Of a DNA stretch of 64,000 nucleotides, positions 25,270 to 38,310 are shown in pieces. The notes under the pieces are model-generated. The model saw nothing but the letters and a program-made list of their open reading frames with translations, was not told where the DNA came from and did no database searches. Made by a program: the position numbers and the translations under genes. The stretch spans positions 562,440-626,439 of the forward strand of contig JAQGDQ010000102.1 of assembly GCA_030141605.1 (NCBI GenBank), in the 5' to 3' direction. This DNA comes from Tubiluchus corallicola (Eukaryota > Animalia > Priapulida). Positions within the stretch are counted from its first letter, which is position 1; each line of letters opens with the position of its first letter.

Positions 25270-28200
25270 TTACATATGAGCTGCCCTTGCAATATGAAGG
25301 AAAAAGGAGACCTTATCTTCGCATGGATGACCGCACATGTTGCATTTAAATGGATCCTGATAACCATGGTATCCCATGTGCATTGTGTACATGATGCAAT
25401 TCTTGAATGAGATCTCACAATAGCTGCACACATATGCCTCCGGTGCATGATGATTTGTATTCATGCTGGGATTCTTCAAATCTGGTCTGCCGAGCCCCCA
25501 TCTGTTGGATTGGTAAAGACTGGTGAAATCTGGATACGGTGCCTGACTTTTGCTGCCGGAGTCTCTGGCGTTATTACTGGTTGTCATTACTTTGGCATTG
25601 TAGTCTGATTCTTCTTGTTCCTGCAAACGCTCTCCGGGCTCCAGCTCTGATTTACTCAAAATGGAATCATCCTCCATCATATCCGTGTCGTTTCCAAACT
25701 GACCAGCACCGCACGAGTCTGAACTGTAGCCGTCTCCTGATTCTCCAGCTGGTGAAAATTGCTTCTGTAGCTTCATGCATATTCGATCTAGCTTGTAAGC
25801 TTTGCCCTTGCGCCTATTTCTTGGTGGCGACACTGAGGTACTCGAGGACTGCACCTGACTTTCTGACTGACTGGGAAGACTTGTTTCTACTTTGTCTTTT
25901 ATGTATTCATCCTTTACAACCACATCTGCCTTTTGATTTGGTTGAACCATGCCACTTACTACTGGTTCTTGAATACTGCTTTCGGCATCAACATTACAGC
26001 TAAGGTCCAAGACTCTGGCCTTTTCCACACCATCAACATTTTTGTAAATGGAACCCGTGCCTTGCTGAGGTAGAGAAGAATTTTCTGTTGTTGTGGGACT
26101 TGTACTTGCCGATTTATTCCAACGGCAAATCTCACCTGGAGACAGTTGTCCTTCTTGTGCCATAATTGCAAGATGGTGAGATGATGGTGTGTGCTTGGTT
26201 TCGGCCATAATTGTTTCTGAAGAAATTCCATAGAGTTTACATAAATCTTGGTTCTCAGCTGCTGCATGCATGAGAACATGCCGATTTAGCAATTCCAGAT
26301 GACTGGTAGTAAAATCACACAAAGCACATTTCATCATTCCGCTAGCACTAGAAACAGGTGGACTAGACAGCTCTCTTTGCTGACCAAGAGGTGGTCTATG
26401 AAGCAAAAAGCTCCCTAGGAGGTTAGGCGGTATTCCGTTCATGCTCGTGTGCATTGGAAAACCAAAGTGAGCAGGATGTGTCATGACACCATTAATTAAT
26501 GGCGGGATCTCTGGAAGACCAAACATCTTCTTTTTCGGACCCCTTGGTCCTCTACGTCCAAGTAGGAAGTCTGGATTTTGTAGAACAAACATGTCACCTC
26601 CACTCAGAACCGTGGCTGGCTTGTGATTGTACTTCCGCAGGTGAAGCTTGAGGCTATGACAGTATTTGGTGGCATAGGTGCAGTCTTGACAGCGATACTG
26701 GTAGAAATTCGAGTGAGATTTCATGTGGCTGTTCAACATTGACTTGTTGACACATGAATAATTGCATTTGTTGCACTTAAATGGTTTGGAACCGAAGTGA
26801 TTTCGCAAATGGTACTCAAGATGGTGCTTGTATTCTGTAACAAAATTGCATTTTGGGCATGACAGCATCTTGTCGGCCTTTATGTGAGTGCGAGAGTGAT
26901 CCCAGAAGTCATTCTTGGATGTTGCTGCAAAATCGCACTGTTTGCAGCGGTATATCTTCTGCTTTGGTGGCGCATTGTTCGTGCGGGCAACCCGTGTCGA
27001 CATAACTGTTTCTGGATGAAGGTCAGCATGGTATTCCCTGATGTGTTTCTTGAGTCTTGCTTCAGTGCGTGAAGTGTAATCACACAAAGAACACTTATGA
27101 TCAAAGTGTGTGTTCATGTGCGAATTAAAATGAAAGCGGGACGTTCCGGAATAGCTGCACAGGTGGCACTGGTAAACCATGCCTGGCATGTCTTCTACCA
27201 TACTTGGAATAAATTCTTCCTGTGCATCAAACTCCTGACTTGTAGTATTCTTCTTGGCAGTCTCTGCAGTTGCTTTCATGTTGGCAGCTTGCGCTTGTTT
27301 GAAGGCAAGTGCAAATTGTTTTTCCGGATCTAGATCTTTCATTTCCTCCTTTGCTGTAGTCTCTGTCTTGTTCTCTATTGCCGTTTTTTCTTGGACTAGC
27401 TGCCGCAACTCAGAAGTACTGTCTCTGCTATTTTCAACTTCCAGTGCAGGATAAGTTTTATTATTTTCTTCTACAGCTTCAATATCCATTTTGCTGGTTT
27501 CCTCTATAACACTTGACTTAGATGAATCTGGCTCTTCAACTGTTTGACTGCTGTAATCATTTGTTTTATTCACACAAGTCTCCATTTCATTTTCGTCATC
27601 CACTTTTCCGATATCCTCATCTTTTGCTATGATTGTGTCATCACTCATTGTGGAGGCTTGATCATCCCTCCCTGGTTCTTTGTTCGTTTCTTCTTTCACA
27701 TCTGGCGGAGGCATACTTTTCTCTTGTTGCTCTTCGGTGATGTTGGTTTCATCATTCAGTTTGTTAACAGGTGGTGGAGGATAAACGCTTGGTGACAAGA
27801 TGGGCAGGCTGTCAAAACCTGGAGGAGTTTTAACTGCACTACCACTACTGCTAACATTATTGCACATACTCATACTTGGAGACGACATCTTATCTGTTGC
27901 GCTGCTAGGCGTACTAACATTTAACAACATGGATGAGCTATTAACATCCATAATATTACTAGATATATCTGAGGTAGGTAGTGTAGGCACACCTGTAAAG
28001 CAGCCCATGAGAGTCTGGTTTTTCTGTGGAACCATGTGCTGCTGGGGAGGAAGTAATGGTGGTGGAAGTACATTTTTGTTACCCGAGTCATTTTGCGACA
28101 AATCCGACAAACCTAACAACTTTTGCTTTGGAGAAATTAACCCTGAGTTATTTGGAATGTGTTCGTCCTGCTGAGGCACCCGTATTACCTGAGCCTGTGG

Positions 28201-28749
28201 GACTTGAGGGTGCATCAACTCGCCCGGCATGTCATACATTGAGTTGTAATTGATGCCTCCTAAGAACCCTGCATGACCATTGCTAATATAATCTGGCTGT
28301 TGCTTACAGTTCATGCCATAACCTTGTAGATGGTCGCTAATGCTTGTCATGCTCCTATATGTGTCCTTGGGATTGGGGTAACTGTGAGCATACCCTGAGG
28401 TATATGGAGCAGCAAGCTTATCACCATTGTGCTCTACCCGCTTAGTCGCTTCGGTTAAAAAGTCCGGTTGCTCGATGCGACTCATAATATAGTTCCTAAA
28501 TGAATTGATATCCGAATGCTCACTTCTCGGAATGTAGTGACGTGCGTAATCCATGTTGGGAAATCCACCTAACTCATTGGCTGCTGGCCTGTTCTGTGGA
28601 TCAACTGCTTTCCCAAAGAGTGGAGCTTGTGTAGTGTATGGAGACACGTAGTCACTCATCGTGTACAGGCTGTTGAGGCTCATGCCATTAGAGTACGCAC
28701 CTGCCTCGTGCTGACGCTCAAGACTCCTGTGTATGTTGGAGTTATCCAT
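25270..28749 (-). CDS. hb: Hunchback C2H2 zinc-finger transcription factor, ~1159 aa, single coding exon
   Basis: Diagnostic middle fingers [42 protein letters not shown] and [23 protein letters not shown]. Also the RRGP C-box, the basic box RRKGKAYKL and C-terminal fingers YTMHMGYH / FKCNMCG…[10 protein letters not shown]. Exon starts at 28788 after a ttttgcag acceptor; first ATG at 28749 (the ORF-track start at 28794 is intronic). Confidence 0.97.
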   Translation of the reverse strand: MDNSNIHRSLERQHEAGAYSNGMSLNSLYTMSDYVSPYTTQAPLFGKAVDPQNRPAANELGGFPNMDYARHYIPRSEHSDINSFRNYIMSRIEQPDFLTEATKRVEHNGDKLAAPYTSGYAHSYPNPKDTYRSMTSISDHLQGYGMNCKQQPDYISNGHAGFLGGINYNSMYDMPGELMHPQVPQAQVIRVPQQDEHIPNNSGLISPKQKLLGLSDLSQNDSGNKNVLPPPLLPPQQHMVPQKNQTLMGCFTGVPTLPTSDISSNIMDVNSSSMLLNVSTPSSATDKMSSPSMSMCNNVSSSGSAVKTPPGFDSLPILSPSVYPPPPVNKLNDETNITEEQQEKSMPPPDVKEETNKEPGRDDQASTMSDDTIIAKDEDIGKVDDENEMETCVNKTNDYSSQTVEEPDSSKSSVIEETSKMDIEAVEENNKTYPALEVENSRDSTSELRQLVQEKTAIENKTETTAKEEMKDLDPEKQFALAFKQAQAANMKATAETAKKNTTSQEFDAQEEFIPSMVEDMPGMVYQCHLCSYSGTSRFHFNSHMNTHFDHKCSLCDYTSRTEARLKKHIREYHADLHPETVMSTRVARTNNAPPKQKIYRCKQCDFAATSKNDFWDHSRTHIKADKMLSCPKCNFVTEYKHHLEYHLRNHFGSKPFKCNKCNYSCVNKSMLNSHMKSHSNFYQYRCQDCTYATKYCHSLKLHLRKYNHKPATVLSGGDMFVLQNPDFLLGRRGPRGPKKKMFGLPEIPPLINGVMTHPAHFGFPMHTSMNGIPPNLLGSFLLHRPPLGQQRELSSPPVSSASGMMKCALCDFTTSHLELLNRHVLMHAAAENQDLCKLYGISSETIMAETKHTPSSHHLAIMAQEGQLSPGEICRWNKSASTSPTTTENSSLPQQGTGSIYKNVDGVEKARVLDLSCNVDAESSIQEPVVSGMVQPNQKADVVVKDEYIKDKVETSLPSQSESQVQSSSTSVSPPRNRRKGKAYKLDRICMKLQKQFSPAGESGDGYSSDSCGAGQFGNDTDMMEDDSILSKSELEPGERLQEQEESDYNAKVMTTSNNARDSGSKSQAPYPDFTSLYQSNRWGLGRPDLKNPSMNTNHHAPEAYVCSYCEISFKNCIMYTMHMGYHGYQDPFKCNMCGHPCEDKVSFFLHIARAAHM

Positions 28750-28939
28750 GTTACCACAAGCAGCAAAGATCAATGGCACTTGCCTCTCCTGCAAAAATAC
28801 AGCAACTTACATAATGAAGAGAAAACTAATAACTATGTGTCAGAAATAAAAAAAATGCAATATACAATTTTGGTTTAAATTTTAGTCAGCAGTCAAGTAA
28901 AGATGGCACAGATTCTTTCACAAAAATTCTTCCCTTTCT

Positions 28940-28976
<37 letters not shown>

Positions 28977-29976
28977 ACTCACTATCACCCTCCCTTTTAT
29001 TTCTCTACCAACCCTTGTCTGTCTCTCTATCTCAGTCCCTTGTCCCTCGGTCCTTGTCTCCTCTTTATCTTTGTGTATGTGGGTGTGCGTGCGTACGTGT
29101 GGATACACACACATCAATATAAAGTTAGGCAAGGAAGCTGCCTAGCTGACTAACTGGATGACCAATCCTACATTCTGAACTTTGCAAAACTTATTTAAGT
29201 AGCAAAGGCTACTTATTGCAAAATTTCACCAGTGTTTTAATCATCCTGCCAGCCTAGTGCTGCCCCCTGTTGGCATTTTTACAGCTTGACTCAACAGAAA
29301 TCGATTCGATATGTCTGACCAAAGAAAATTTGACTGTAAACAAACACAGGGCTAGAGGCTAAGAATCAATGGCTTCAGAAAAAACTGCAGCCTGTTTTTC
29401 TCATCTGGCTTCAGCCACCTTAAATCACGCCCAACTTTCTGCTTGCAATATGGCTTCGTTACAACAAGCGGTTTCTATACCAAGCTGGGGCGGAACGACT
29501 CTTGTATCTACGGGAAAACGAAACTGTGGAAACAGAGAAAGAATATTTGTCTAGAATCAAAATCAATTCGCATGTATTATTTAGGGGGTTCTCAACCTGG
29601 GTTTCTCAAATCTTTAGGGATTCACAGGACAGTTTATAGGGCTGGATGAGTACTTAAATCAGCATTCTGCAGAGAGAAAATTACTGTTAGAGACGTGTGT
29701 GCCACTGCAGTTTAGTTCATGACATCATATTCAAACAGAGGTCTGATTAGCCCTTATACACAGCATTGATTATATTTTTGTCTGTCTATGTATAAGCCTA
29801 TTGATCATGTTTTGTCTGAAGTGCGATTCAATTTTGAATGTGGGTGGTAGTCAGTTAGCAAACATCAGTTCATAAGTATATTATCCTACAGGCTGCAGGG
29901 CCTATAAATACCTGCAACATTGTCTTTTAAAAATTCCTTTCTGTTGTCCTAAATATAGATAACGACGTCAATGTTT

Positions 29977-30367
29977 ATAGTTATGTTTGACAAATTAAAT
30001 GAAATACTTCAGCACGAAAACCTTAATATAGCCGCCTTAAGAAATAATGATCTGTTGAAGTTGTTATTATTCGGAAAAGATGAATTTAACTATGTTGCTA
30101 ACTGTAAAATATTCCAATGTATACATGACTTTATATTAAGTACTAAACCCTTCCAGTAGTTTCTATCTTATATAAAATGCATCAGTCTTAAATAATCGTA
30201 CATTAATACTTTCTAACCGTCATTTTCTACTAATGTCTAATGTATCCCTGTAGTAAAACTTGTCAGCTTGTGTATTTACAGTCTGTTCTTACTGTAAATG
30301 TTTTTGTAAATAGTGTATAAAGTCTGTTGTGGTGAGGATCCTAAATCATGTTGTGTTTAAACTAAAC
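29977..30367 (+). mobile_element. 5'-truncated CR1-like LINE 3' end with target-site duplication
   Basis: Closely similar to the 3' part of the element at 51796-52437. (CTAAA)n-like tail. 17-bp flanks taacgacgtcaatgttt (29960-29976) / taacgatgtcaatgttt (30368-30384). Confidence 0.88.
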
Positions 30368-31978
30368 TAACGATGTCAATGTTTGAGTTCTGAACGGGGT
30401 GGTTAAAATTTGAACCATTTGAAATCCATTGCGATGCCATTGTGTATTTATTGGTAAATTGTGTAACGGGACACCCGTCATTGGTAAGATGATTCTGGAG
30501 TACTCAACGAAAAAATGCTCGAGAACACCCGTATTTTTCAAATAATAATTTTAGTAGGTGGCAGCAGAAGCGCTATAAGTATTTTTACTACAGCTTGTAT
30601 ACCGGCCGATGGGGGGGGGGGGGTGATCTTTGCATGACATGCATGATCTTTGTGAAGCCACTTTTTATTAATGATTCGAAAATCTTTAAAACTGAATTCG
30701 AATTCGATAATGGTGAAATTCGGTTTGATTCGAGTTCGAAAGTGACAAATTCGATTCGATTCAATTTCGCTTTCTAATAAAGAATGCTCGCTCCTACTAC
30801 TAGAAGACCTGACAGGCGTATTGATACAATGCAAAGCAGTAAAGTAGTACATCGTGGAATGCACTGCATTTCCGCAAACACTCTCAAAAAAATGTTACAC
30901 TGCTCATTGTTTATCTAGATAAAATCATCGCATCGTCTAAACCATAAATATTTTTGTCCCGAAGACGCTCCTGAAACGTCTCTGAACACAAACAGAAACA
31001 CGCGTGTTGTGAATACATGTCAATTACTGAATGTGCGAGATGGGGGCGGGGGGAGGTAGAGAACGGATAGGTACGAGTGAAGCCACTCCTTGCAGATCAC
31101 CCTCACTTGGAATAGAGATAATTCATATCAGCGAGATAGTGTGCCTTCTGAAAAAAATGTACACGTATTCATTATGAACGTGGCTTCTTTTAATCATGAT
31201 AGCACAGACCTCTTCATGGCTTCGCTTTTATGTTTGACAAAAATTGGTCATTCAAACTGGGGTCTAACAAAAACATTATTAACGCCTGTAAAAGGAGTTT
31301 AGTAAATTTTGTGCATAAAAAGTTGAACTGTACGTGTTTTTCCGACGCGCACCTTTTTAGAGATTATATTATAAACGAAAATGGCGACTGCAGGAGTTTT
31401 GGCAGTAACAGTTTTAACACCGTCGAGTTTGAGATGGCGCGTTTATTTACGTAAAAGCAAAGTAACCAAGCGTTGTCTGTAAATATTTAGCGGTGCGCCA
31501 TTTCTTGAGGAATGCAGCGCAATGATGGCGGCGCGCGTGCAGGGAAATTGCATGTTTGTTTGCATATGAATTCATCTACTACCACCATGAGGGTACAGGT
31601 CAGCATTGCTGCGATATCATACCAGACCAGACCTTATAGAAAGTGTTCTGGGAGGGGGGTGAATGCCTTGGTATCATCTGAACAATTTTCCTATAAATTA
31701 TCACCAAAATACACGAGCAGGTAGTGCAGCTGTAACTGCGGTCTATTTTTTCAAATTAAATGAGGAAAGCCGTGATATCGCCTAGAGTCCTAGACATTCC
31801 GGTATTAAATCTGAGAGGGTCCTCTAAAGGACCAGAAACAGTGCAGATCAGGACAGGACAACCGGACAAGAGACAAACGGGAGGAGAGGAAAACATAGAA
31901 AAAGAGAGAAGAGAAGCTAAAAGGATCTAAAATTTTAAATCGCATAGCTTATTAGGCTTTGTACCTACTTACTTGTAA

Positions 31979-32235
31979 GGAAGGAGAGTAGAGAACAGAA
32001 AAAAGAGAAGAAAAGAAAGAAAAAATAGAAGAAAAGAGAAGAGGAGGGAAGGAGAGGAGAGGAGAGGAGAGAAGAGAAAGAAGGAGAAGGGAAGAAAGGA
32101 GAAGAGAGAGGAGAGAAGAGAAGACAAGTAAAGAAAAGAGGAGAAAAGGAGGAAAGGAGAGGAGAAAAGAGAAGACAAGAAAAAAGAGAAGTGAAGAAAA
32201 GAGAAGAGAAGAAAAGCGAGAGGAGAAGAGGGAAG
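31979..32235. repeat. Polypurine (+) / polypyrimidine (hb sense) low-complexity tract
   Basis: Almost exclusively A/G over ~250 bp. Confidence 0.9.
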
Positions 32236-32326
32236 TTAAAGGGTCTAAAGAGAATAAAATTTTAAATTGATTTGGCATTTTTAGTTTAAAACCTGGTATA
32301 GAACTTGCTGCTTTGAGCCTACTTAC

Positions 32327-32464
32327 TTGTAAATATTCTAAGATCTAGTTGACTTCTCCATGCAGCGTGGCACACCACAACAACCCAGCATTCGGTTCTA
32401 TCTGCTTTGTAGTAAATTTCCAGCAACGAGAACTTCTGGAAGTTTCAACAGACCACTTTCAAGC
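32327..32464 (-). other. hb: Putative non-coding 5'UTR exon of hunchback containing a 17-codon uORF
   Basis: Strong acceptor attttctttcttgcag and donor AA|gtaagt. A TAG in frame with the downstream CDS rules out coding continuity. uORF 32391-32338 encodes MLGCCGVPRCMEKSTRS*. Confidence 0.65.
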
Positions 32465-32754
32465 CTGCAAGAAAGAAAATCAGATTTGAAAGACGTGTTG
32501 ATGACAGATTGCATTTATACACAGCACTGACACATTTCCTGTTTTTGTCGTACAACTTTCGTAGTCATATATAATTATGGCAGACAAGTTTTCGATTTAT
32601 GATCGATTTAAATTGGACGTGTGTCACACCGCTGTGCTGTAAGTGTTTTTACTTTTACATAAACTAATATAGGTCCTAACAAAATGCTGTTATGTTGGTT
32701 GATTTGTAACATATGTATGCCAGACTCAGGATTCTCTCAAGAAATGTAATACTT

Positions 32755-33230
32755 GTACTTGTGCTGCCATCTACAGCAATAATTAGTAACAATACCGCCT
32801 ACCCATAATTAATGGCTGCTTATCGGTTTCACTTAAGAATGACGTATCATACAACGGCTCAGAGATACAATAAAAAAGCCATATCGTACTGCCGTAATAC
32901 CCGTACTAGTGCTGCCATCTACCCTAAAAATTAGTAACATTCCGGCCTAGCCATAATTAGTTACTGCTTACCGGTTTCACGTAAGAATGGCCCATCATAT
33001 AACGGCTCAGAGATACAATAAGAAACCCATATGCTACTGCCGTAATACCCGTACTTGTGCTGCCATCTACTGCAAAAATTAGTAACATTTCCCCTACCCA
33101 TAATTAGTTATTGCTTACCAGTTTCACTTAAAAATGACCTATCATATAACGGCTCAGAGATACAATAAAAAAGCTATATCTTACTGAACAGTAGTCACCA
33201 CAGCGCGCGCGGAACAGCGGGATAGTATTT
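32755..33230 (+). repeat. 3 x 148-bp tandem repeat followed by a GC-rich hairpin-like end (possible non-autonomous Helitron/Helentron-type element)
   Basis: Units start at 32755, 32903 and 33051 (gtactwgtgctgccatctac…aacggctcagagatacaata), then ccacagcgcgcgcggaacagcgggatagt. The tandem repeat is clear; the family call is tentative. Confidence 0.8.
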
Positions 33231-33689
33231 GTTTAGCTTAAGTGGGGTCGTTACCTGTCGTATAACCGCATCAATTATTAAAATAATAACAAATGCTGCG
33301 AATATTGCCTTCGAGAAATGTCTCTAGGGTCTAATCAATACGAAGTCCAGGCCAGTGATGGACCTGCCAGGAGAGAAGGGCTATTTTTTAAATGATACTA
33401 ATTAAGCAAGATAGCTGACATTTGTAAACTAGGCTTAAGTGTCAAGGGTACGTAAGTATGATTCATGTAAGGGTCATGACCAAGATTTCAAAAGCAGGCT
33501 AGGCTGTCAAAATAGCCAGCAAATCAGTTAGGTCAGTCATTTGGGAAGTAAGTCATTTAGCAGACAGCTAAATGGCTATCTGAACTTTTTTGCTTCTTGT
33601 TCGTTTGTTACGTATTCATTCATTCTGACTCATTAATTAGTCAGTCGGTTAAGGAGTCGGTCATCTGCTGACCACAGAATGAGTCATAT

Positions 33690-34165
33690 GTAGTATGTTC
33701 GCGCGGTTAATTCTTCGTTGTTACATGTATTTCGCCATTTGCTAGTTACTAATTACATGGGCTTGCGTCTCAGAAGCGCGTTGCGCAAAAATAGGTGTTG
33801 TACCTCTCATTTCAGAGTTGTACATTTGCGACGGAGTGCATATGTTCAAGAGTTTATGCGTAAGCACAGCGGTAAACTTAAAATTTAAATTTAAAACTTG
33901 CTGATTTTTGTATAGTAATGTATAACTTTTATAGTATTCTAGTAGTTTTACAGTATAGGATAGTGCTCATTAAATGTTTGTGGTGTTGGAAATTATGTTC
34001 GCTTGTGATGTCACCACTATTTGGGCTCATCCATTGTTAATTACGTTTGCTACCAATTATTTAATTAGCAGAAACGCTTTGGCATTATGTAAGCGTTAAA
34101 TGTATACTTTTTACCGTACTTCAGAATGACGGAAGAGGTGAAAAATCACCCTGTTTTCCTTTAAG
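33690..34165 (+). mobile_element. Kolobok/T2-like non-autonomous element fragment
   Basis: Similar to 53500-53985 (agcggtaaacttaaaattt…; aaaaatca.cctgttttcctttaa terminus). Confidence 0.6.
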
Positions 34166-34924
34166 TTACTTATTGTTCCAAAGATCATGAACTATCAGAG
34201 CCTTCTTTGACACCCGCATCAGCATTGCCAGTATGAAAAATAACCTGCCTACGTCAGAATAATGAGCAAGTTAGGCAATAACTAATGAAAGTTCAGGCGC
34301 GTTTAATATTGCTTGTCACAGTATTGCTGACACATGGCTGTCTTACGTTAACATTCTCAGAGTTATTAGTTATGAGCAACTGTATGGGCACTAACACAAG
34401 CTCATGATATATGACCACACAAGCAAAAGTTCATTTGAAGCCAAAAGAACATATTAAGTAAGATTAAAGAAACCATTTAAATTAAGATGTGAAAGATTGT
34501 TGCTGTATGTGTGTTTGTTTGTTTGTTTATTTAACTTCAAATTTTATAGATCTACACCGTGTGTTAGTATACAAATGTAAAACAAAAAAAATTTGTACAA
34601 AAATTTCACCCAGCTACCAAGATGAGAATTGATTACGATATGAGGTGAAACTTATGAGGTCAATCCGTCTCAAATTGGCCAAGGCATGCCTTGCGACCAT
34701 CTCAGATTTGCTTTCCACTTTTCGAAGTTGTTATTATTAATGAAATGTACAGAAAAGTAGCTTAATATAATTTACAAATTATTAACTAATTAAACTCGAA
34801 AAGGCCCATATTTGGTCATATATAAATATAGTGTGTTCATTGATTAAGATAAAAGATAATCATAAATTAAACTCCGCGATCGTACCTTTTCACGAGCAAA
34901 ATTATAGCAAACAGAATTAAAATA

Positions 34925-35930
34925 CATATATATATATATATATTAATTCTTTATTTGTCATAAAAACGGTTCCCTCATTATAATAAAATTGAGTTAGCCT
35001 CAGCGTAATGTTAAAATAACAACACTGTTCAAGACAAATGCGTCCAGTGCATACTAAAAAAACTAAAGTGCAAACTATATACAATATAATGAACATATTT
35101 ACAAATACCATATTAAAATATTTTCACAAACAATTATAGGAAAGTACATTAAATTTTACATTACATAGTGCACACTATTTATACATTTAACATTACGAAA
35201 CACGAAACTAACATAACACGTATTACATTACATAATTTTTTTTAAAAAATTTCATTTTTAATCATTATATGGAGTCAGGGGCGGGGGTATATGAACGTTG
35301 AGTCCGTGTAATTAGTATCAGATGCACAATGTGGAAGTTGAAACCTGTTATATTGATATTCTTTTAATTTCTTTTTAAAGTGGTGGAGAGATTCTATTTG
35401 TTTTATTTCACTGGGTAGTAAGTTCCATAAATGTATGGCCTGTTTTGATATAGAGTTATTTCCAAATTTATTGTTTACTGTAATTTGCTTTAAATTGTAT
35501 GTTCTAGTGTTCAATGTGGTATCAGGAATAAATGCTAAGGGATTGTTTATAAATGGAATGCTCAGTTTATTTATATATTTATAAAGAAATATCAGTGTTT
35601 TGTAATCTCGATAGGCTTCTAATATTGGTATTTTTGTGGACGTTCTTAAGCTTGTTGCAGAAGCAGCATGTTGTTTAGCAGTTTTGTTAGAGTAGCCATG
35701 AATTAATCTAAGTGCGTAGTTTTGCATCGTATTTAGTTTTCTAAAGTTTTCATATTTAACGTTTTGAAGTAAAGTGCAACCATATAGATAATGTGGTAAT
35801 ATTAGACTTTTGTAGATGAGAATTTTTGTTTTCTTGGTTAGATGGCCTCTGGTTTGGCGTAAGAATGTCGTGCTTAATGCCATCTTGTTGTGTATTTGAT
35901 GAAACTGTTCATCCCAAGTGAGTTTATTGA
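34925..35930 (-). mobile_element. 5'-truncated LINE (CR1/L2-like): post-RT C-terminal ORF2 fragment, 3'UTR and (TA)n tail
   Basis: 221-aa ORF LTWDEQF…TKILIYKSLILPHYLYG…QNYALRLI…LWNLLPSEIKQIESLHHFKKKLK is typical of CR1/L2 ORF2 C-termini. Minus-strand AATAAA at ~34950-34955 next to (TA)n. Confidence 0.88.
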
Positions 35931-37864
35931 ACATATCCAAAAAGGCAATTAAGCAACAGTAAAAATCTGTTATCTAGGCCTGCTATATTAGTGACTACGT
36001 ATTTTATAGAACTGCAGCTAAACTGTTTAAAGGAAAAGGCCAGGGCAACTGAAATCAAGGCAAAAGAATAACAGAATAGACAGCTACCATCTTGGCTGTT
36101 GGCGCGCCATGTGGAACGTCCAATTAAGCCCCGAAACCTGACAAAGCATAGCAATTCAGAGAACAGTTTTTCATTCTTCTGAGTTCGGTTCACTTGCTGA
36201 CGTTCTAATTTTGTTTTCATTCAACCCAGAAAAACCTCGATTACGTTTCACGAAAGTCTGGGAATTTCAGCTGCTAAGTGCCACGCACTGGCAAAAGAAG
36301 TAAACATTAGAGGAGAGTTAAGTTTTAAATTTGGCAGCTTAGACTGACACTGCAACTGACAAATTTTGCCAATAACGATATTTTATCAACTCCCATGACT
36401 TGAGTAAGTGTCCAAGAGTTTCAATTATAAGGCCCTCATTAACATGTTCACTGAATATGGCTTCTTCCAGAAGGTGTCGCATTAGCAAGCCGTGCTGATC
36501 TCAAAAATGGCTTCCCGACTAATCAAGAGCCGAGAAAACCTCCTTCCTAACAAAACCTTCTCCGATGGCTAGAGTTAGAGTAATAAGATTACTTCACGTG
36601 ACTAATCTGAGTAAATAATGGGTGATGGGAAAGAGTGGAAACCTTAGAAAAAAATCCATCATCATGCAACAAAGCTTGCTTGAGCTAATGAAAGCAGGAA
36701 ATGCAGCCGTTTTTGAATAATCTGCACAGGGGAAGAACCGCTTCTCTGAAGAGTGGAAACCACCCCTTTTCACTCTGCCACCTGACAAGATCACGAACAC
36801 GCTTGCCCAAATAAGGCATGTAATGATTCAGCATTGGAGCACGTTCAGTGATTGAAAGTACCTGTTCTTTTGCTGGCGCGTTTATTGTGCGACCCAGAAT
36901 GTAAACATTTTACCTGTGCTGCCTATGCGAATGATCTAATCGCCAGGTATAAAGGTGACGAATCTCAGAAAACATTAATAACGTCAAACAGATTGGAGTG
37001 CGCAAAGGTGTAAAATCAACACAGGTAACACTTATCCAGCTAATTTTACGTGACAATGGGTTGCAGCGTGCTCATGTTTGAAACCAATTTCCCTCACATA
37101 ATTAGCTCCGTGCGCGAGGTTTCGCGGAAACGACGCATGCGCACATGCAATGCACAGTTTCAGTGGAACGAGAATTGTTTTAGAGATGTCTTTATCACAT
37201 TCGACTAATCGTGAAATAACAATTGCAGATGTTCCTTTTTTCTAAATGTATTTTTGGCATGGTCTCTCTGTCTGTTTATTTGTCTGTCTGGCTGGCTGTA
37301 TAAAGTTTTAAGTTCAAGGGTTGCTACTGATATGCAAACTACGCACGGTTACTACCCTCAAATGGAAAATGTTATTTTTTCAAAAAGTCCTATATATCGT
37401 AAGAAGTGTGTAAGATTGACGCACTTGTATTAAGATAATTTACCAGTTGGTGTTCTTTGCATTTGACCTTGGACAGTATTTCGAGGTCAAGGTCGAAGAT
37501 CAAATCCCCCATATTACATGAAAGTACTGGTGGTTCCTAGTAAGGCAGATTTACTGCACGTTCTATGCAACTAACTACATATATCCTTTTAAGAAGTTGT
37601 CAACAAACGAGCCTTTGCAGCAGAAGAAGAGAAGGAGGACAAGAAACGGAAAAGAAAAAGTCAAAAGGTATAGAAAAGCAGTAGACGAAGACAAAAATGT
37701 AGAGAAGACTAGAATAGTCAAAATCTTTGAGTAGAGGAATACAGGTTAATTTGCATCATGGTGACTAGCAAAAAGTGGTGAAAAATCACCACTTCATAAA
37801 AATACTGAATGTCTTCTGCTCAGTAACGTTAGCATGGACACAGCTTTTAAACGCGAGAAATGCG

Positions 37865-38105
37865 AGAATACTTTTTAACCAGAGTCCTAATCCTAGCTCC
37901 TAATCGAGGTCCTAATCCTAGATCCTAATCTATGCAGGCCCAAGTAGGCCAAGAAGAAAAGTGAAATATGTGTGATATGATTTGGTACCATGGTAATGAA
38001 CAAGGGTTTAAGACGCCAGAATACTTTTTAATCAGATCCTAATCCTACAACCTAATTTATACGTAGGCCAAGAAGCCAAGTGAAATATGCGTGATGTGAT
38101 TTGAT
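37865..38105. repeat. Imperfect local duplication with cctaat subrepeats
   Basis: agaatacttttta…cctaatccta…gtaggccaagaag…aagtgaaatatg occurs twice. Confidence 0.75.
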
Positions 38106-38310
38106 TCTAGCAGATTGACGCTTTCTACAATGCAGATAAGTCAAATTGTTACGCATTGGAAACACAATGGGGACCAACATACAAATATATTTTTAGTCTA
38201 GCACCATATCAAACAATGGTGGTGATGATGACGACAACGTCAACAATGATGATGGTGGTGGGGATTCATATCACATGGCGTGTATAAATCATCCAATGAC
38301 ATTACGCCGT

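Noticed and set aside
25539-28878. Antisense and alternative-frame ORFs overlapping hb
   Set aside because: Expected shadows of a long coding exon; no domains and mostly non-ATG starts.
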